From Desulfobacteraceae bacterium (GTDB lineage: Bacteria > Desulfobacterota > Desulfobacteria > Desulfobacterales > Desulfosarcinaceae): a stretch of DNA of 64,000 nt. The notes under the pieces are model-generated. The model was not told the DNA's origin. It saw only the letters and a program-made list of their open reading frames with translations, and did not search any database. Position 1 is the stretch's first letter. Each line of letters begins with the position of its first letter. Both the position numbers and the translations under genes were made by a program. The DNA lies in the NCBI GenBank assembly GCA_050124755.1, contig JASFER010000001.1:2391-66390 (forward strand), in the 5' to 3' direction. Shown piece by piece: positions 55,174 through 64,000 of the stretch.

Positions 55174-56112
55174 TCAATTCTCCCTGGTCAGCTCGCGGAA
55201 TATGGTTTCAAGTGTTTTGGTTTCCTGGTGAAGATCCACAAGCAGCCAATCGGTGGCTTTGATGGCTGTATACATATCCGCTCTGGGATCGCTGTGATCT
55301 TCGGGCAAAACACTAATTCTGAGTAGCCCTGGATCGTCGCTGGGTGTCTGCGAGACTTTCTTGACCCCCTTGACGGCCTCCAAGGTGGAACGAACCGTAT
55401 CAAAATCCGCCTCGAGCAATTCAATCTGGATCTGGTCGGCTTGACCGTTTTGGGTTTTGATATCCTGGGTGCTGCCGTCGGCGATGATTTTGCCTTTGTT
55501 GATGATGACAATGCGGTCGCAAGTGGCTTCCGCTTCGCTGAGGATATGGGTGGAGAGGATGACCGTTTTTTCTTTGCCGATTTTACGGATAATTTCTCTG
55601 ATATCCACAATTTGATTGGGATCCAGGCCGGAGGTGGGTTCATCCAGCACCAGTATCTCCGGATCGCTCATCATGGCATGGGCCAGTCCCACACGCTGCT
55701 TGAGGCCTTTGGAGAGGGTCTCGATGGTTTTGTGCATGATATCGCGCAGTCCGCACATATCGGCCAATTTCCGCAAACGCTGCTCCTTGGCTGATCCCTG
55801 AAGACCGCGGATTTTAGCCACATGATCCAGATAATCATATACCAGCATGCCTTTATACAAAGGCGCGGATTCCGGCAGGTAGCCGATCAGGCGTTTAACC
55901 GCCAGCGGGTTTTCGTGCACCGATATATCTTTGACACGAATATCTCCCGCCGAAGGATTAAAATATCCGGTCAGCATGCGCAGCGTTGTGGTCTTGCCGG
56001 CACCGTTGGGGCCCAGCAAGCCGATGATCTCCCCCTTTTCGACATCGAGGTTGATCTGATCCACCGCGCAAAAATCATCGTAGTATTTGGTCAGCTTTTC
56101 CACATGGATCAT
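55174..56112 (-). CDS. ABC transporter ATP-binding protein (GldA-like)
   Basis: Walker A GPNGAGKTT, signature LSKGLKQR and Walker B ILVLDEPTSGLD are present. The start was chosen at M15 (after GGGAGA). Confidence 0.9.
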   Translation of the reverse strand: MIHVEKLTKYYDDFCAVDQINLDVEKGEIIGLLGPNGAGKTTTLRMLTGYFNPSAGDIRVKDISVHENPLAVKRLIGYLPESAPLYKGMLVYDYLDHVAKIRGLQGSAKEQRLRKLADMCGLRDIMHKTIETLSKGLKQRVGLAHAMMSDPEILVLDEPTSGLDPNQIVDIREIIRKIGKEKTVILSTHILSEAEATCDRIVIINKGKIIADGSTQDIKTQNGQADQIQIELLEADFDTVRSTLEAVKGVKKVSQTPSDDPGLLRISVLPEDHSDPRADMYTAIKATDWLLVDLHQETKTLETIFRELTREN

Positions 56113-56364
56113 AACCGTTCTCCCTAATTCGTAAAGCAGGCGATTGATACACAAGGCTTATCGGTCTATCGATTCCAACCACACCGGCACTAAATTAAAA
56201 TTAGCGTATTTTCAATGGGGTGTAAGGTGTATCGAACAACTTCACCGATGGCAATCACCTGATTACAGCTTTCGCTGCCTTGAATGGACAGCCTTTTTTA
56301 ATTCAGATTACGGCAGGTGTCAACAGATGGATTGAATGGAACGTGCAAGCGCCGCCAGACCAGG

Positions 56365-56667
56365 TCAGGGGATCGATGCAGGTCCGCCATTCACATGGAA
56401 CCAAGGGCCATGAATGCGCGAATGTCTGCATCGTGGGCATTTACTGGGCGTTGAGAGGCGTTTGCGGTCTTTAAAGGTATAACCGCAGCTTTCACAATAG
56501 GCTGGTTGGACCTGCCAAAGCATTCCACGGGCCACAACAGATTTGGCCACATGGGGCAAATGGGCGACCACCTCCTTTTCACTGATTCTCAGTGCTTGGG
56601 ATAGGTCCCGCCGATCCATTGGCGCATTTTGCAATACGTCAATCATTTTTTGGCGAAGTGTATTCAA
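56365..56667 (-). CDS. Small HTH + zinc-ribbon transcriptional regulator (tentative)
   Basis: 100 aa. The winged-helix-like N-terminus (RRDLSQALRISEKEVVAHL) is followed by CESC...CPRC. Confidence 0.45.
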   Translation of the reverse strand: MNTLRQKMIDVLQNAPMDRRDLSQALRISEKEVVAHLPHVAKSVVARGMLWQVQPAYCESCGYTFKDRKRLSTPSKCPRCRHSRIHGPWFHVNGGPASIP

Positions 56668-56692
56668 ATGGCCCCTTTAATTATTGATCAAC

Positions 56693-57154
56693 TTAGAGAT
56701 TGGTTCCCAACCACAAAATAACCCCTTTGATGCAAGGGCAAAGGGTGTGAATGCAATCTTCATAGGCCGAAAACGGGCCGCCGTACGGATCAGCGATATC
56801 ATGTGCCGGTGTTTGCATGTTGAACTCACTGATCATGATCGGTTTTTTGTGTTTCCAGACCAGCAGACCGTTGACTTTGCGAACATGTGCGGCCTCCATG
56901 GTTAGGATCAAATCGGACTCCCGTGCGATCGCGCTGGTAACTTGCCGCGCTCTGTGATGGTGGATATCGATGCCGATCCTATCCATCGCCTTCAACGCAT
57001 GGGATTCGGCATGATGGCCGTGCAGTGCGTGGGTGCCGGCGGAACTCACTTCGACGCGCGACTTTAGATCAACCGGCAAATAGTGGTTCAAGAGGCCGGC
57101 GGCCATGGGGCTGCGGCAGATGTTGCCGGTGCATACCATCAGAACTTTAAACAT
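56693..57154 (-). CDS. Low-molecular-weight protein tyrosine phosphatase
   Basis: The CX5R(S) loop VCTGNICRSPMA is at the N-terminus, and the DP loop is DIADPYG. Confidence 0.85.
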   Translation of the reverse strand: MFKVLMVCTGNICRSPMAAGLLNHYLPVDLKSRVEVSSAGTHALHGHHAESHALKAMDRIGIDIHHHRARQVTSAIARESDLILTMEAAHVRKVNGLLVWKHKKPIMISEFNMQTPAHDIADPYGGPFSAYEDCIHTLCPCIKGVILWLGTNL

Positions 57155-57193
57155 ATATTTGCTTTCCAGTTTCGATCATGGGCTCATGGGTTT

Positions 57194-58045
57194 TTATAGC
57201 ATTGTTGCCGGTTTTTTGCCAAACAAGGCTATCTCTTTCATCCGATGGGCCTGCCATCGAATGACGGATTGCCATCTCATCAATTTGGCCAACAGCGATC
57301 TTTGAAAACCCCGATGATGTTTTTCCATCTTTTTTAGCAACATGAACGCCTCACCGTTGATCCAGCCTGGAAGACCTCCTGAAAGCTCGTAAATTTTGCG
57401 GACCTGATCGCCTGAAAACGGGTTCTTTCGGATGATGCCGGCGACTCTGAGGCGATGTTGCAGATAGTCGGCGGTTTGTTTCTCTGTCAGGGGCACCATA
57501 TAGATTTTGTCGATGACGGACATCGGTGGTAGCCAACGGGCGATTTCGGCAAAACGTTTGCGCATATCAGGCTCGGCAAATAATACAATGCTTTTGAATT
57601 TCGGTTGCTTATCTGGCCTGAAAGCTGACTGCAGCAGTTTTTTCAGCTCGTTGGCAGTGAGTTGATGGGCATCGTCGATGATGATTGACGGCGGATGGTT
57701 TTTTTGGGTGCGGTAGACCACGCGATTGGTTAAATTGCGCCAGCGGCTCCGACAATCTTTGCTTTCGGGTGATAGCTTGATTCGGCACGCCTGCCAAGCG
57801 TTACCGGCGCTGGAGATGAATTCGTTCATTAAGGTGGTTTTGCCGCTGCCCCTTTCACCAATCACCACGATGACCAAGCTGCGGCCTCCCACCATGTTGT
57901 TGAGGATGGACAAACGCTGTTTGATGAGCGGCGATTGGAAAAAGAATCGATTGCTCTCTTTAGGACCGGGACTGGCTTGATCTAAACCAAGGATGGCCGG
58001 TAGAGGCACGGATAGACGTTTAATGCTTTGCGCATTTGTCGGCAT
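57194..58045 (-). CDS. ExeA-like AAA ATPase (AAA_22 type)
   Basis: Walker A GERGSGKTT and Walker B IIIDDAH are present. The ORF is open to 58123, and the start is uncertain (M1 or M27). Confidence 0.65.
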   Translation of the reverse strand: MPTNAQSIKRLSVPLPAILGLDQASPGPKESNRFFFQSPLIKQRLSILNNMVGGRSLVIVVIGERGSGKTTLMNEFISSAGNAWQACRIKLSPESKDCRSRWRNLTNRVVYRTQKNHPPSIIIDDAHQLTANELKKLLQSAFRPDKQPKFKSIVLFAEPDMRKRFAEIARWLPPMSVIDKIYMVPLTEKQTADYLQHRLRVAGIIRKNPFSGDQVRKIYELSGGLPGWINGEAFMLLKKMEKHHRGFQRSLLAKLMRWQSVIRWQAHRMKEIALFGKKPATML

Positions 58046-58223
58046 GTGTGACTGTCCTGGTGGTGCAATATTTGTCGGCCACTGCCTGCATGTCAAATTT
58101 GTGACGCCTACATTTCCATACAACTGAATATTTTTGTAGACGTTTTGTTGCAGCCTTCATGGTGAAAAACCCGTTTAACCTGCTTTTCACTAATAGATGG
58201 CCAATTCTTACACATAATTCTGC

Positions 58224-58239
58224 AGCAAGCTTCGTGCCA
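58224..58239 (-). promoter_or_regulatory. Sigma54 (-24/-12) promoter
   Basis: The minus strand reads TGGCACGAAGCTTGCT, which equals TGGCAC-N5-TTGCT with consensus spacing. It points at the ExeA-like / LMW-PTP / HTH gene string. Confidence 0.6.
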
Positions 58240-58496
58240 CTAAATATATTGCCAGGCGGTGTGTAAAATAGATCCGTATCAACGGCTTGAATTTGATCGG
58301 TGCTTGATCTTTTTGGTGAGCTCCTCTATATACAATGGGCACCCATTGCAGCTGATCATCATTCCATGGAATGCAATTAAATAAGGACCCCATCTGGTGG
58401 GATTCCGATTGACATATACCGAGTGGCATGACGAGCCAATGCAGATGACCCACCCACTCACCATATTTGTGTAAATGCTGTTATACGGAGTAATCT

Positions 58497-59642
58497 ATGG
58501 ACGACTACCGCATTTTATTTGTCGATGACGATAAAGATATTCTGATGATGGTTGAGCAATACCTGCAAATGCAGGGCTATGATATCACGACGGTGAACAG
58601 CGGTTTAAAGGCACTGGACCTGATCCGAGAGGAGGACGTCCACATTATTTTTACAGATTACAAAATGCCCGAATTTAATGGGTTGGAATTGCTGGCGGCA
58701 GTTAAGCAATATAGCCCTGACATCGAGGTGATCATCGTCACGGGTTACGGCTCTATGGAATCAGCGGTTCAGGCAATGAAATTCGGTTGTTATGATTATT
58801 TGCAGAAACCATTTAAACTGGATCACCTTAAACTGATCATTGACCGCATCATCGAGGAAAAGAAAGTCGAAGATAAGGCGGCACTGCTGCGCAAGCGTGC
58901 CCGGGGCCGCTATAAATTCGAGTCGTTGATCGGTATCAGCGCTCCCATGCAGCAAGTCTATGAGATGATTGAGACGGTGGTTCAGCAGAATCCCATGGTC
59001 TTGATTCAGGGTGAGAGCGGAACCGGTAAAGAATTGGTGGCCCGCACCATTCATGACTTGAGTGAACGCAATGAAATGCCCTTCGTACCGGTAAATTGCG
59101 GGAGTATCAGCGAAGGTGTGCCCGAGAAAGAGATGATTGGCCATGTTACGGCACTGATCAAAAAGGTGGACGGCGGCACGATCTACCTGGATGAGATTGC
59201 CGAGTTGACGCCCAGCCTGAGGCTCAGCATCCTTCAAGCCATTGAGATCGAGCAAAGAAAAAAAGGTATCAGTGCCAGGGTTGTGGCCGCCACCGGCAAA
59301 GAGTTAAAGGAGGTCATCGACAGTGGCGTAATGAAAAAAGACCTGTTCGATCTGCTCAATGCGGTTGTTGTGACCATGCCGCCGCTGAGAGAGCGGCGCG
59401 AGGACATTTGCTTACTGATTCATCATTTTATTTATCAGATTTGCACCCGGCAGAATAAGCGTATCATCAGTGTGTCACCTGAAGCACTGGATATTTTGAT
59501 GCGATATCACTGGCCCGGCAACCTGATTCAGCTTCAAAACGTTATTGAACGCGCACTGGCATTGGGCGTTGATGAACTTATCGGGCCGGACGACCTGCCG
59601 GCGGAAATTCAGACATTCAGCGAGATATCCAAAATCAGCTAG
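58497..59642 (+). CDS. NtrC-like REC + degenerate sigma54-interaction AAA+ domain, with no GAFTGA loop and no C-terminal HTH
   Basis: The REC has FVDDD and IIFTDYKMPEFNG. Walker A GESGTGKE, Walker B YLDEI, RVVAAT and PPLRERREDI are present. The segment between CGSISEG and GGTIYLDEI is about 11 aa too short and lacks GAFTGA. The protein ends about 30 aa after the AAA+ lid. Confidence 0.8.
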   Translation: MDDYRILFVDDDKDILMMVEQYLQMQGYDITTVNSGLKALDLIREEDVHIIFTDYKMPEFNGLELLAAVKQYSPDIEVIIVTGYGSMESAVQAMKFGCYDYLQKPFKLDHLKLIIDRIIEEKKVEDKAALLRKRARGRYKFESLIGISAPMQQVYEMIETVVQQNPMVLIQGESGTGKELVARTIHDLSERNEMPFVPVNCGSISEGVPEKEMIGHVTALIKKVDGGTIYLDEIAELTPSLRLSILQAIEIEQRKKGISARVVAATGKELKEVIDSGVMKKDLFDLLNAVVVTMPPLRERREDICLLIHHFIYQICTRQNKRIISVSPEALDILMRYHWPGNLIQLQNVIERALALGVDELIGPDDLPAEIQTFSEISKIS

Positions 59643-59650
59643 GGCTAAAC

Positions 59651-61285
59651 ATGCCCGATATCCTGCTCATACAACCCCCCATTCAAGACTTTTATCTTAC
59701 CGCCAAACGGACACTTCCTTACGGACTTGCCAGCATCGCCGCATCGCTGCGGGAAGCCGGGTTTACGGTGGGCATTTGCGATGGTCTCGCCACCACCAAA
59801 AGCCGTATCATACCGTGGCCCCGGCAGATGGAATTTCTGCAACCCTATTATGGCCAACCCGATGCATCACCCTTCGGGCTGTTCCATCATTTTCGCCATT
59901 TTGGCTACAGCCTTGATCACATTGCCCGTCAAGCCAAGGCATCGGGGGCCTTCCTCATTGGTATTTCATCACTTTTCAGCGCATACAGCGATATGGCGCT
60001 GGCCACCGCGGCGGCTGTCAAGAGGGTTCGTCCCGAGGTGCCCATCGTATTGGGCGGGCATCATCCAACGGCCATGCCCCGTGCCGTCATGCGGGATGCG
60101 GCGGTGGATTTCATTTTACGTGGAGATGGTGAGGTGGGACTTCCCGCACTCGCCCGGGCCTTGTCGAAAAAATTACCGCTGGATAATATACCGGGATTGG
60201 TGCGCAGAACGGAAGCCGGCCGTTTGGCCGTTGCGCCGCCGGCTATGGTGGAAAAATTGGACGATTTGCCTTTGCCGGCTTTTGATCTGATTGGATGGCG
60301 TCACTATCAACGTTCCGGCTTAGGCAGTATGGCACTTACCGCAACCCGCGGCTGTCCCATGCGGTGCACCTATTGTGCGGTCAATGCCGCCACCTATCAT
60401 GGTTTCCGACAACGTAGCATTTTTTCTGTGATGGCCGAGATTAAAGCGGCGTTTGACCTGATGCCCATGGGGTTTATCGATTTCGAAGACGAACACATCT
60501 GCGCCGATAAGCAGTGGGCGCTGGCGTTGATGACCCAAATCGCCCATGAACTCGGCCGCTGGCGTCCGGAATTAAGAGCGATGAACGGCCTGTACGCCCC
60601 CGATTTGGATGCCCAGTTGCTTCAAAGCATGCAAAAGGCGGGTTTTAAAACCCTGAATCTGGCCTTGATCACTACTGCAGCCTCGCAACTCAAACGTTTT
60701 GGGCGACCGGACATCACCAGGGACTTCGATCGTGTGCTTTACCTCGCCCGTCATAAGGGCATGCGCTGTGTGGCCTACCTCATCGTCGCGGGTCCGGAGC
60801 AAGATCCACATCAATCGCTTCGAGATCTATGCCACTTGGCCCAGCGCCGGGTCCTGGCCGGTGTATCGGTGTTCTATCCTGCTCCCGGAAGCGCTGATTT
60901 TGATTGGTGCCGGCGTTACAACATGTTGCCTGCGGATTTTACCCTGATGCGTTCCACGGCTTTACCTTTGGCCCACCGGACCGATCGTACGCAAACGGTG
61001 ACGCTGCTGCGTTTGGGGCGGGTCCTCAATTTTATGAAACATTTGCTGGACTTGGGGCACCCATTGCCCATGCCGTCCAAACCGCCGCGATGGATTGATC
61101 CAAAGGCGGATCGTCTTTCCATGGGAAAGCAATTGCTGGCTGCTTTTTTAGAAAATGGTGTCATTTGGGGGGTGGATAACGACGGAAATCTTTATCCACA
61201 CACCATAGATCATTCCCTGACACGCCGGTTTCTGAGTGAATGCAAGAAAATCACTTTAAGAGGAACAATACATCTGCATTGCTGA
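59651..61285 (+). CDS. B12-binding-domain radical SAM protein
   Basis: The N-terminus is a Rossmann-like, B12-binding-type domain (ILLIQPP...YGLASIAASLREAGF). The CxxxCxxC cluster motif is TATRGCPMRCTYCAV. An 8-nt gap separates it from the upstream gene. Confidence 0.8.
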   Translation: MPDILLIQPPIQDFYLTAKRTLPYGLASIAASLREAGFTVGICDGLATTKSRIIPWPRQMEFLQPYYGQPDASPFGLFHHFRHFGYSLDHIARQAKASGAFLIGISSLFSAYSDMALATAAAVKRVRPEVPIVLGGHHPTAMPRAVMRDAAVDFILRGDGEVGLPALARALSKKLPLDNIPGLVRRTEAGRLAVAPPAMVEKLDDLPLPAFDLIGWRHYQRSGLGSMALTATRGCPMRCTYCAVNAATYHGFRQRSIFSVMAEIKAAFDLMPMGFIDFEDEHICADKQWALALMTQIAHELGRWRPELRAMNGLYAPDLDAQLLQSMQKAGFKTLNLALITTAASQLKRFGRPDITRDFDRVLYLARHKGMRCVAYLIVAGPEQDPHQSLRDLCHLAQRRVLAGVSVFYPAPGSADFDWCRRYNMLPADFTLMRSTALPLAHRTDRTQTVTLLRLGRVLNFMKHLLDLGHPLPMPSKPPRWIDPKADRLSMGKQLLAAFLENGVIWGVDNDGNLYPHTIDHSLTRRFLSECKKITLRGTIHLHC

Positions 61286-61299
61286 AATGGCTGTAAAAA

Positions 61300-61331
61300 C
61301 GTAGGGCCGGCCTCCGCGCCGGCCGGTTTTA
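61300..61331 (+). terminator. REP-like GC hairpin (copy 2) acting as the terminator of the radical SAM gene
   Basis: CGTAGGGCCGGCCTCCGCGCCGGCC has a 7-bp stem GGCCGGC/GCCGGCC followed by GGTTTTA. It is the inverted match (24/25) of 15426..15450. Confidence 0.65.
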
Positions 61332-61382
61332 TTAACCCGGCAATTATTCAGAGGCAATAGTTGTATGTTAAGTTGTTTTACT

Positions 61383-61943
61383 CTAGGCGGTCAGCGCGCT
61401 CGCCAACAGTTTGGGCGGTATGATATCCGGATGAAAAGAGAGATAGGCAAAAAGGCGCGTTTCCAGGACACGGGTCTGATCCCATAGTACTTGCAACAGT
61501 TCTCGACGCTCTTTTGTCCTGGCGTAGCGCTGCAATATGTAGTTCATGCGGTCGTCCAGCGGCACCACGCGGTCGTGCAGAACGCGTTTGTCGGCATAGT
61601 TGACGATTTCCGCTTCATTGGGTTGGTCCGCCGCAAAATAGCAATCCAGCACCACATGCTGACGCACGATGTCGCCCACTTCCGGGAATCCCAGATTGCA
61701 AAGATATTCCCCGCCGGTTTGGGCGTGGTTTTCGCCGGTATTAAAACTTCTGGGTTTGGTGATGTCGTGGAGCAGGGCGGAGGCCCTGACCAGTTTCCGA
61801 TTGATATCGATCCCGGCGGCGATCAGCCCGTCTGTCAGCACCAGGGCCACCTGGCAAACCAGGCGGGAGTGGGCTTTAATGTGGTCCGGCATATTGACCG
61901 TGTTCAATAAATGCAGGCATTCTTTTTTAGGCGGAATCCGCAC
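61383..61943 (-). CDS. HD-superfamily (HDIG-type) phosphohydrolase
   Basis: The motifs HSRLV and LLHDITKP are present. The protein is 186 aa. Confidence 0.65.
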   Translation of the reverse strand: MRIPPKKECLHLLNTVNMPDHIKAHSRLVCQVALVLTDGLIAAGIDINRKLVRASALLHDITKPRSFNTGENHAQTGGEYLCNLGFPEVGDIVRQHVVLDCYFAADQPNEAEIVNYADKRVLHDRVVPLDDRMNYILQRYARTKERRELLQVLWDQTRVLETRLFAYLSFHPDIIPPKLLASALTA

Positions 61944-62175
61944 ACATCTTCTCCAACCGTTTAAGATTCACAACTTCTATATAACCGACGCTGCTGCAGC
62001 TTCACAAGGGTTATTTGCAATTGACACCAACCGGCCTTTTACCTAATATTCTACAAATACTCGCAGTTCTTCCGAATGTTGCGGCAACTGATTTTATTAG
62101 CTGACAATCCAATCCAAACATGTTGCGTTGTAGCGCCTGAAGGTGCTCACCGCGTGATATGCCATAAGGGAGGCC

Positions 62176-64000
62176 ATGAAGATACCCGAAACCCTCAACC
62201 TCGACTATTTGGATTCCCAATATCGACAATACAAGAGCGATCCCGGTTCCGTCAGCCGGGAGTGGCAAATCTTTTTTAACGGTTTTGACATCGGCTTGCA
62301 GCATCCGGCAGCCGATGCGGATGCCTGCGAGGATGCTTCGGCCGCCCAAGTTGCCGAGATGATCAACCGCTATCGCGAACTTGGCCATCTGCTGGCCTGC
62401 ATGGATCCTTTGAGTGCCTGCCCCACCTCCCATCCCATGCTGGAATTGACCGAATTCGGGCTGAGCAACGATGATTTCGGCAAGACCTTTTTCACGCCGC
62501 AATTCTCCTTTTTGGAAAAGGCGCCTCTCAAAGATATCCTGAACGTCCTTAAGCAGACATACTGCCGCAGTGTGGGTGTGGAGTACATGCACCTCCAGGA
62601 CCCGGATGAGCGCAGCTGGCTGCAGGCGCGCATGGAGCCGGTGCGCAACAAACCCGAACCGGATGATGGCGAGAAGCGGCGTATCCTGGAAAAACTCACT
62701 CATGCCGCCATGCTTGAGCAGTTCCTCAATAAAAAGTACCAGGCGGTCACACGTTTTTCCCTGGAGGGGGGCGACGCTTTGATTCCCATGCTGGATTCCA
62801 TGCTCCAGCATCTGGCCGGTCTGGGGGCCACGGAGGTGATCCTTGGAATGGCCCATCGGGGACGACTCAATGTACAGGTTAATATTTTAAACAAACCTTT
62901 TGAAGAACTCTTCGCCGAATTTGAAACCTGCTACGATGCGGGACAACTGATCGGCGATGGGGACGTCAAATATCACAATGGATATCTGTCCAACATCGAA
63001 CTGCCGGGCGGCAGGTCCATCTCGGCGTTTTTAGTGAATAATCCCAGCCATCTGGAAGCCGTCAATCCGGTGGTGGAGGGGATTGTGCGCGCCCGCCAGC
63101 AGATGCTGGGGGATGTGGATCGCAAACAGGTGATTCCGCTGCTGCTTCACGGAGACGCGGCTTTTGCCGGTCAGGGAATCGTCCCCGAGACCCTCAATAT
63201 GAGTCAGCTGGCCGGATACACCACCGGAGGGACCATCCATGTGGTCATCAACAACCAGATCGGCTATACCACTTTGCCGGAAGACGCCAGATCCACGCGC
63301 TATTCCACCGATGTGGCCAAAATGCTCATGGTCCCCATTTTCCATGTGCATGGTGAAGACCCGGAGTCCCTGATACACGTGGCCAAACTGGCGGCTGAGT
63401 ATCGCACCCGATTTGCCAAAGATGTGGTCATTGACCTGGTGTGCTACAGGCGCTACGGCCACAACGAAGGGGACGAGCCCTATTTCACCCAGCCCCGGAT
63501 GTACGATCGCATCAAAACACGTCCGTCACCCCATCTGCTTTACAGCCGACACCTGGAAGCTTCAGGGGTCATCGACGATCAGGTTATGCCGGGTCTCGAA
63601 GCCCAAGCCACAGCCAAGCTGGAGAGCGCTTACCAGGAGATCCACGGCAGCGCCTGCCTTTTTCCCCAGCCCAGTTGCTTCAAAGAGATGCAGGGCTACC
63701 ATGGCCGCTACAGCCATGATCCCGTAACAACTTCGGTGAGCAGAGAGCGGTTGTCTTCACTTGCGGAGCGGCTCAATACCCTGCCACCGGATTTTACACC
63801 CCACAACAAAATCAAAATGCTGTTGCGGCGGCGCCTGCAAAGCATTGAAAAAGGTGAAGGCATCGATTGGGCCAACGCGGAAGCGCTGGCATTCGCCAGT
63901 CTGCTCACGGAGGCCGTTCCCATCCGACTGAGCGGGCAGGATTGCCAGCGGGGGACATTCAGCCAGCGGCACAGCGTGCTTTTCGATCGGAAAACCGGCC
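62176..64000 (+). CDS. sucA: 2-oxoglutarate dehydrogenase E1 component (5' part; the gene runs off the window end)
   Basis: The ATG at 62176 follows GGGAGG. The frame stays open to 64000, which is why it is absent from the track. My own translation gives MKIPETLNLDYLDSQYRQYKSDPGSVSREWQIFFNGF..., ...HGDAAFAGQGIV... and ...GGTIHVVINNQIGYTT..., all classic SucA blocks. Confidence 0.9.
   Translation, partial: MKIPETLNLDYLDSQYRQYKSDPGSVSREWQIFFNGFDIGLQHPAADADACEDASAAQVAEMINRYRELGHLLACMDPLSACPTSHPMLELTEFGLSNDDFGKTFFTPQFSFLEKAPLKDILNVLKQTYCRSVGVEYMHLQDPDERSWLQARMEPVRNKPEPDDGEKRRILEKLTHAAMLEQFLNKKYQAVTRFSLEGGDALIPMLDSMLQHLAGLGATEVILGMAHRGRLNVQVNILNKPFEELFAEFETCYDAGQLIGDGDVKYHNGYLSNIELPGGRSISAFLVNNPSHLEAVNPVVEGIVRARQQMLGDVDRKQVIPLLLHGDAAFAGQGIVPETLNMSQLAGYTTGGTIHVVINNQIGYTTLPEDARSTRYSTDVAKMLMVPIFHVHGEDPESLIHVAKLAAEYRTRFAKDVVIDLVCYRRYGHNEGDEPYFTQPRMYDRIKTRPSPHLLYSRHLEASGVIDDQVMPGLEAQATAKLESAYQEIHGSACLFPQPSCFKEMQGYHGRYSHDPVTTSVSRERLSSLAERLNTLPPDFTPHNKIKMLLRRRLQSIEKGEGIDWANAEALAFASLLTEAVPIRLSGQDCQRGTFSQRHSVLFDRKTG

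Noticed and set aside
56341-56390. CCAGGTCAGG.. (SRP-RNA-like string), GAAAAGTCCGGC at about 44905 (RNase P-like string) and GTTCGAATC at 22562 (tRNA T-arm-like string).
   Set aside because: These are isolated short matches lacking the rest of the conserved RNA structures, and two of them lie within well-supported coding sequence.
58208-58453. An 81-aa minus-strand ORF in the divergent region between the ExeA-like and NtrC-like genes.
   Set aside because: It has no ribosome-binding site or recognisable motif, it overlaps the predicted sigma54 promoter, and the region is AT-rich and promoter-like. It is more likely non-coding.

Overview
The window is a gene-dense (about 88% coding) stretch of chromosome with no rRNA, tRNA, CRISPR array, transposase or prophage genes. 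Gene content (GTP-type PEPCK, a HesB-like selenoprotein, many REC/HD-GYP/HDOD proteins, a GldG-type ABC cluster) suggests a Desulfobacterota (deltaproteobacterial) genome, but that is only an inference. Housekeeping genes recognised are ybaK, ampG, pckG, rdgB, coaE, panC-panB plus a PanG-like reductase, gdhA, ndk with a SpoU methylase, dnaK, and the 5' part of sucA. Signal transduction is heavily over-represented: I count 12 receiver (REC) domains, 4 histidine kinases, 3 HD-GYP proteins, 2 HDOD proteins plus one HDOD gene remnant, 1 GGDEF cyclase and 1 degenerate sigma54-type AAA+ protein. The observations most worth follow-up are listed here. (1) A tightly packed operon encodes an MglA-type small GTPase, a cytoplasmic histidine kinase and a REC-fused GspE/PilB-type ATPase with an MshEN-like (c-di-GMP-type) N-domain and an extra C-terminal double zinc ribbon; no secretion or pilus platform genes are nearby. 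(2) A translationally coupled REC-HD-GYP + HDOD gene pair occurs twice, with a third decayed HDOD copy. (3) A HesB/IscA-like gene is split by an in-frame TGA that is best read as selenocysteine. (4) A family of palindromic intergenic elements (4 full or near-full copies and 1 arm fragment) has heptamer-tiled arms and a conserved core, and one copy abuts the truncated HDOD gene. (5) A near-consensus sigma54 promoter lies next to an NtrC-like protein that lacks both the GAFTGA loop and a DNA-binding domain and is co-transcribed with a B12-binding radical SAM enzyme. (6) Two pseudo-receiver domains are present (D->N and D->E). (7) A candidate small RNA ends in a perfect intrinsic terminator. All product calls rest on motifs read from the supplied translations; no database search was run.
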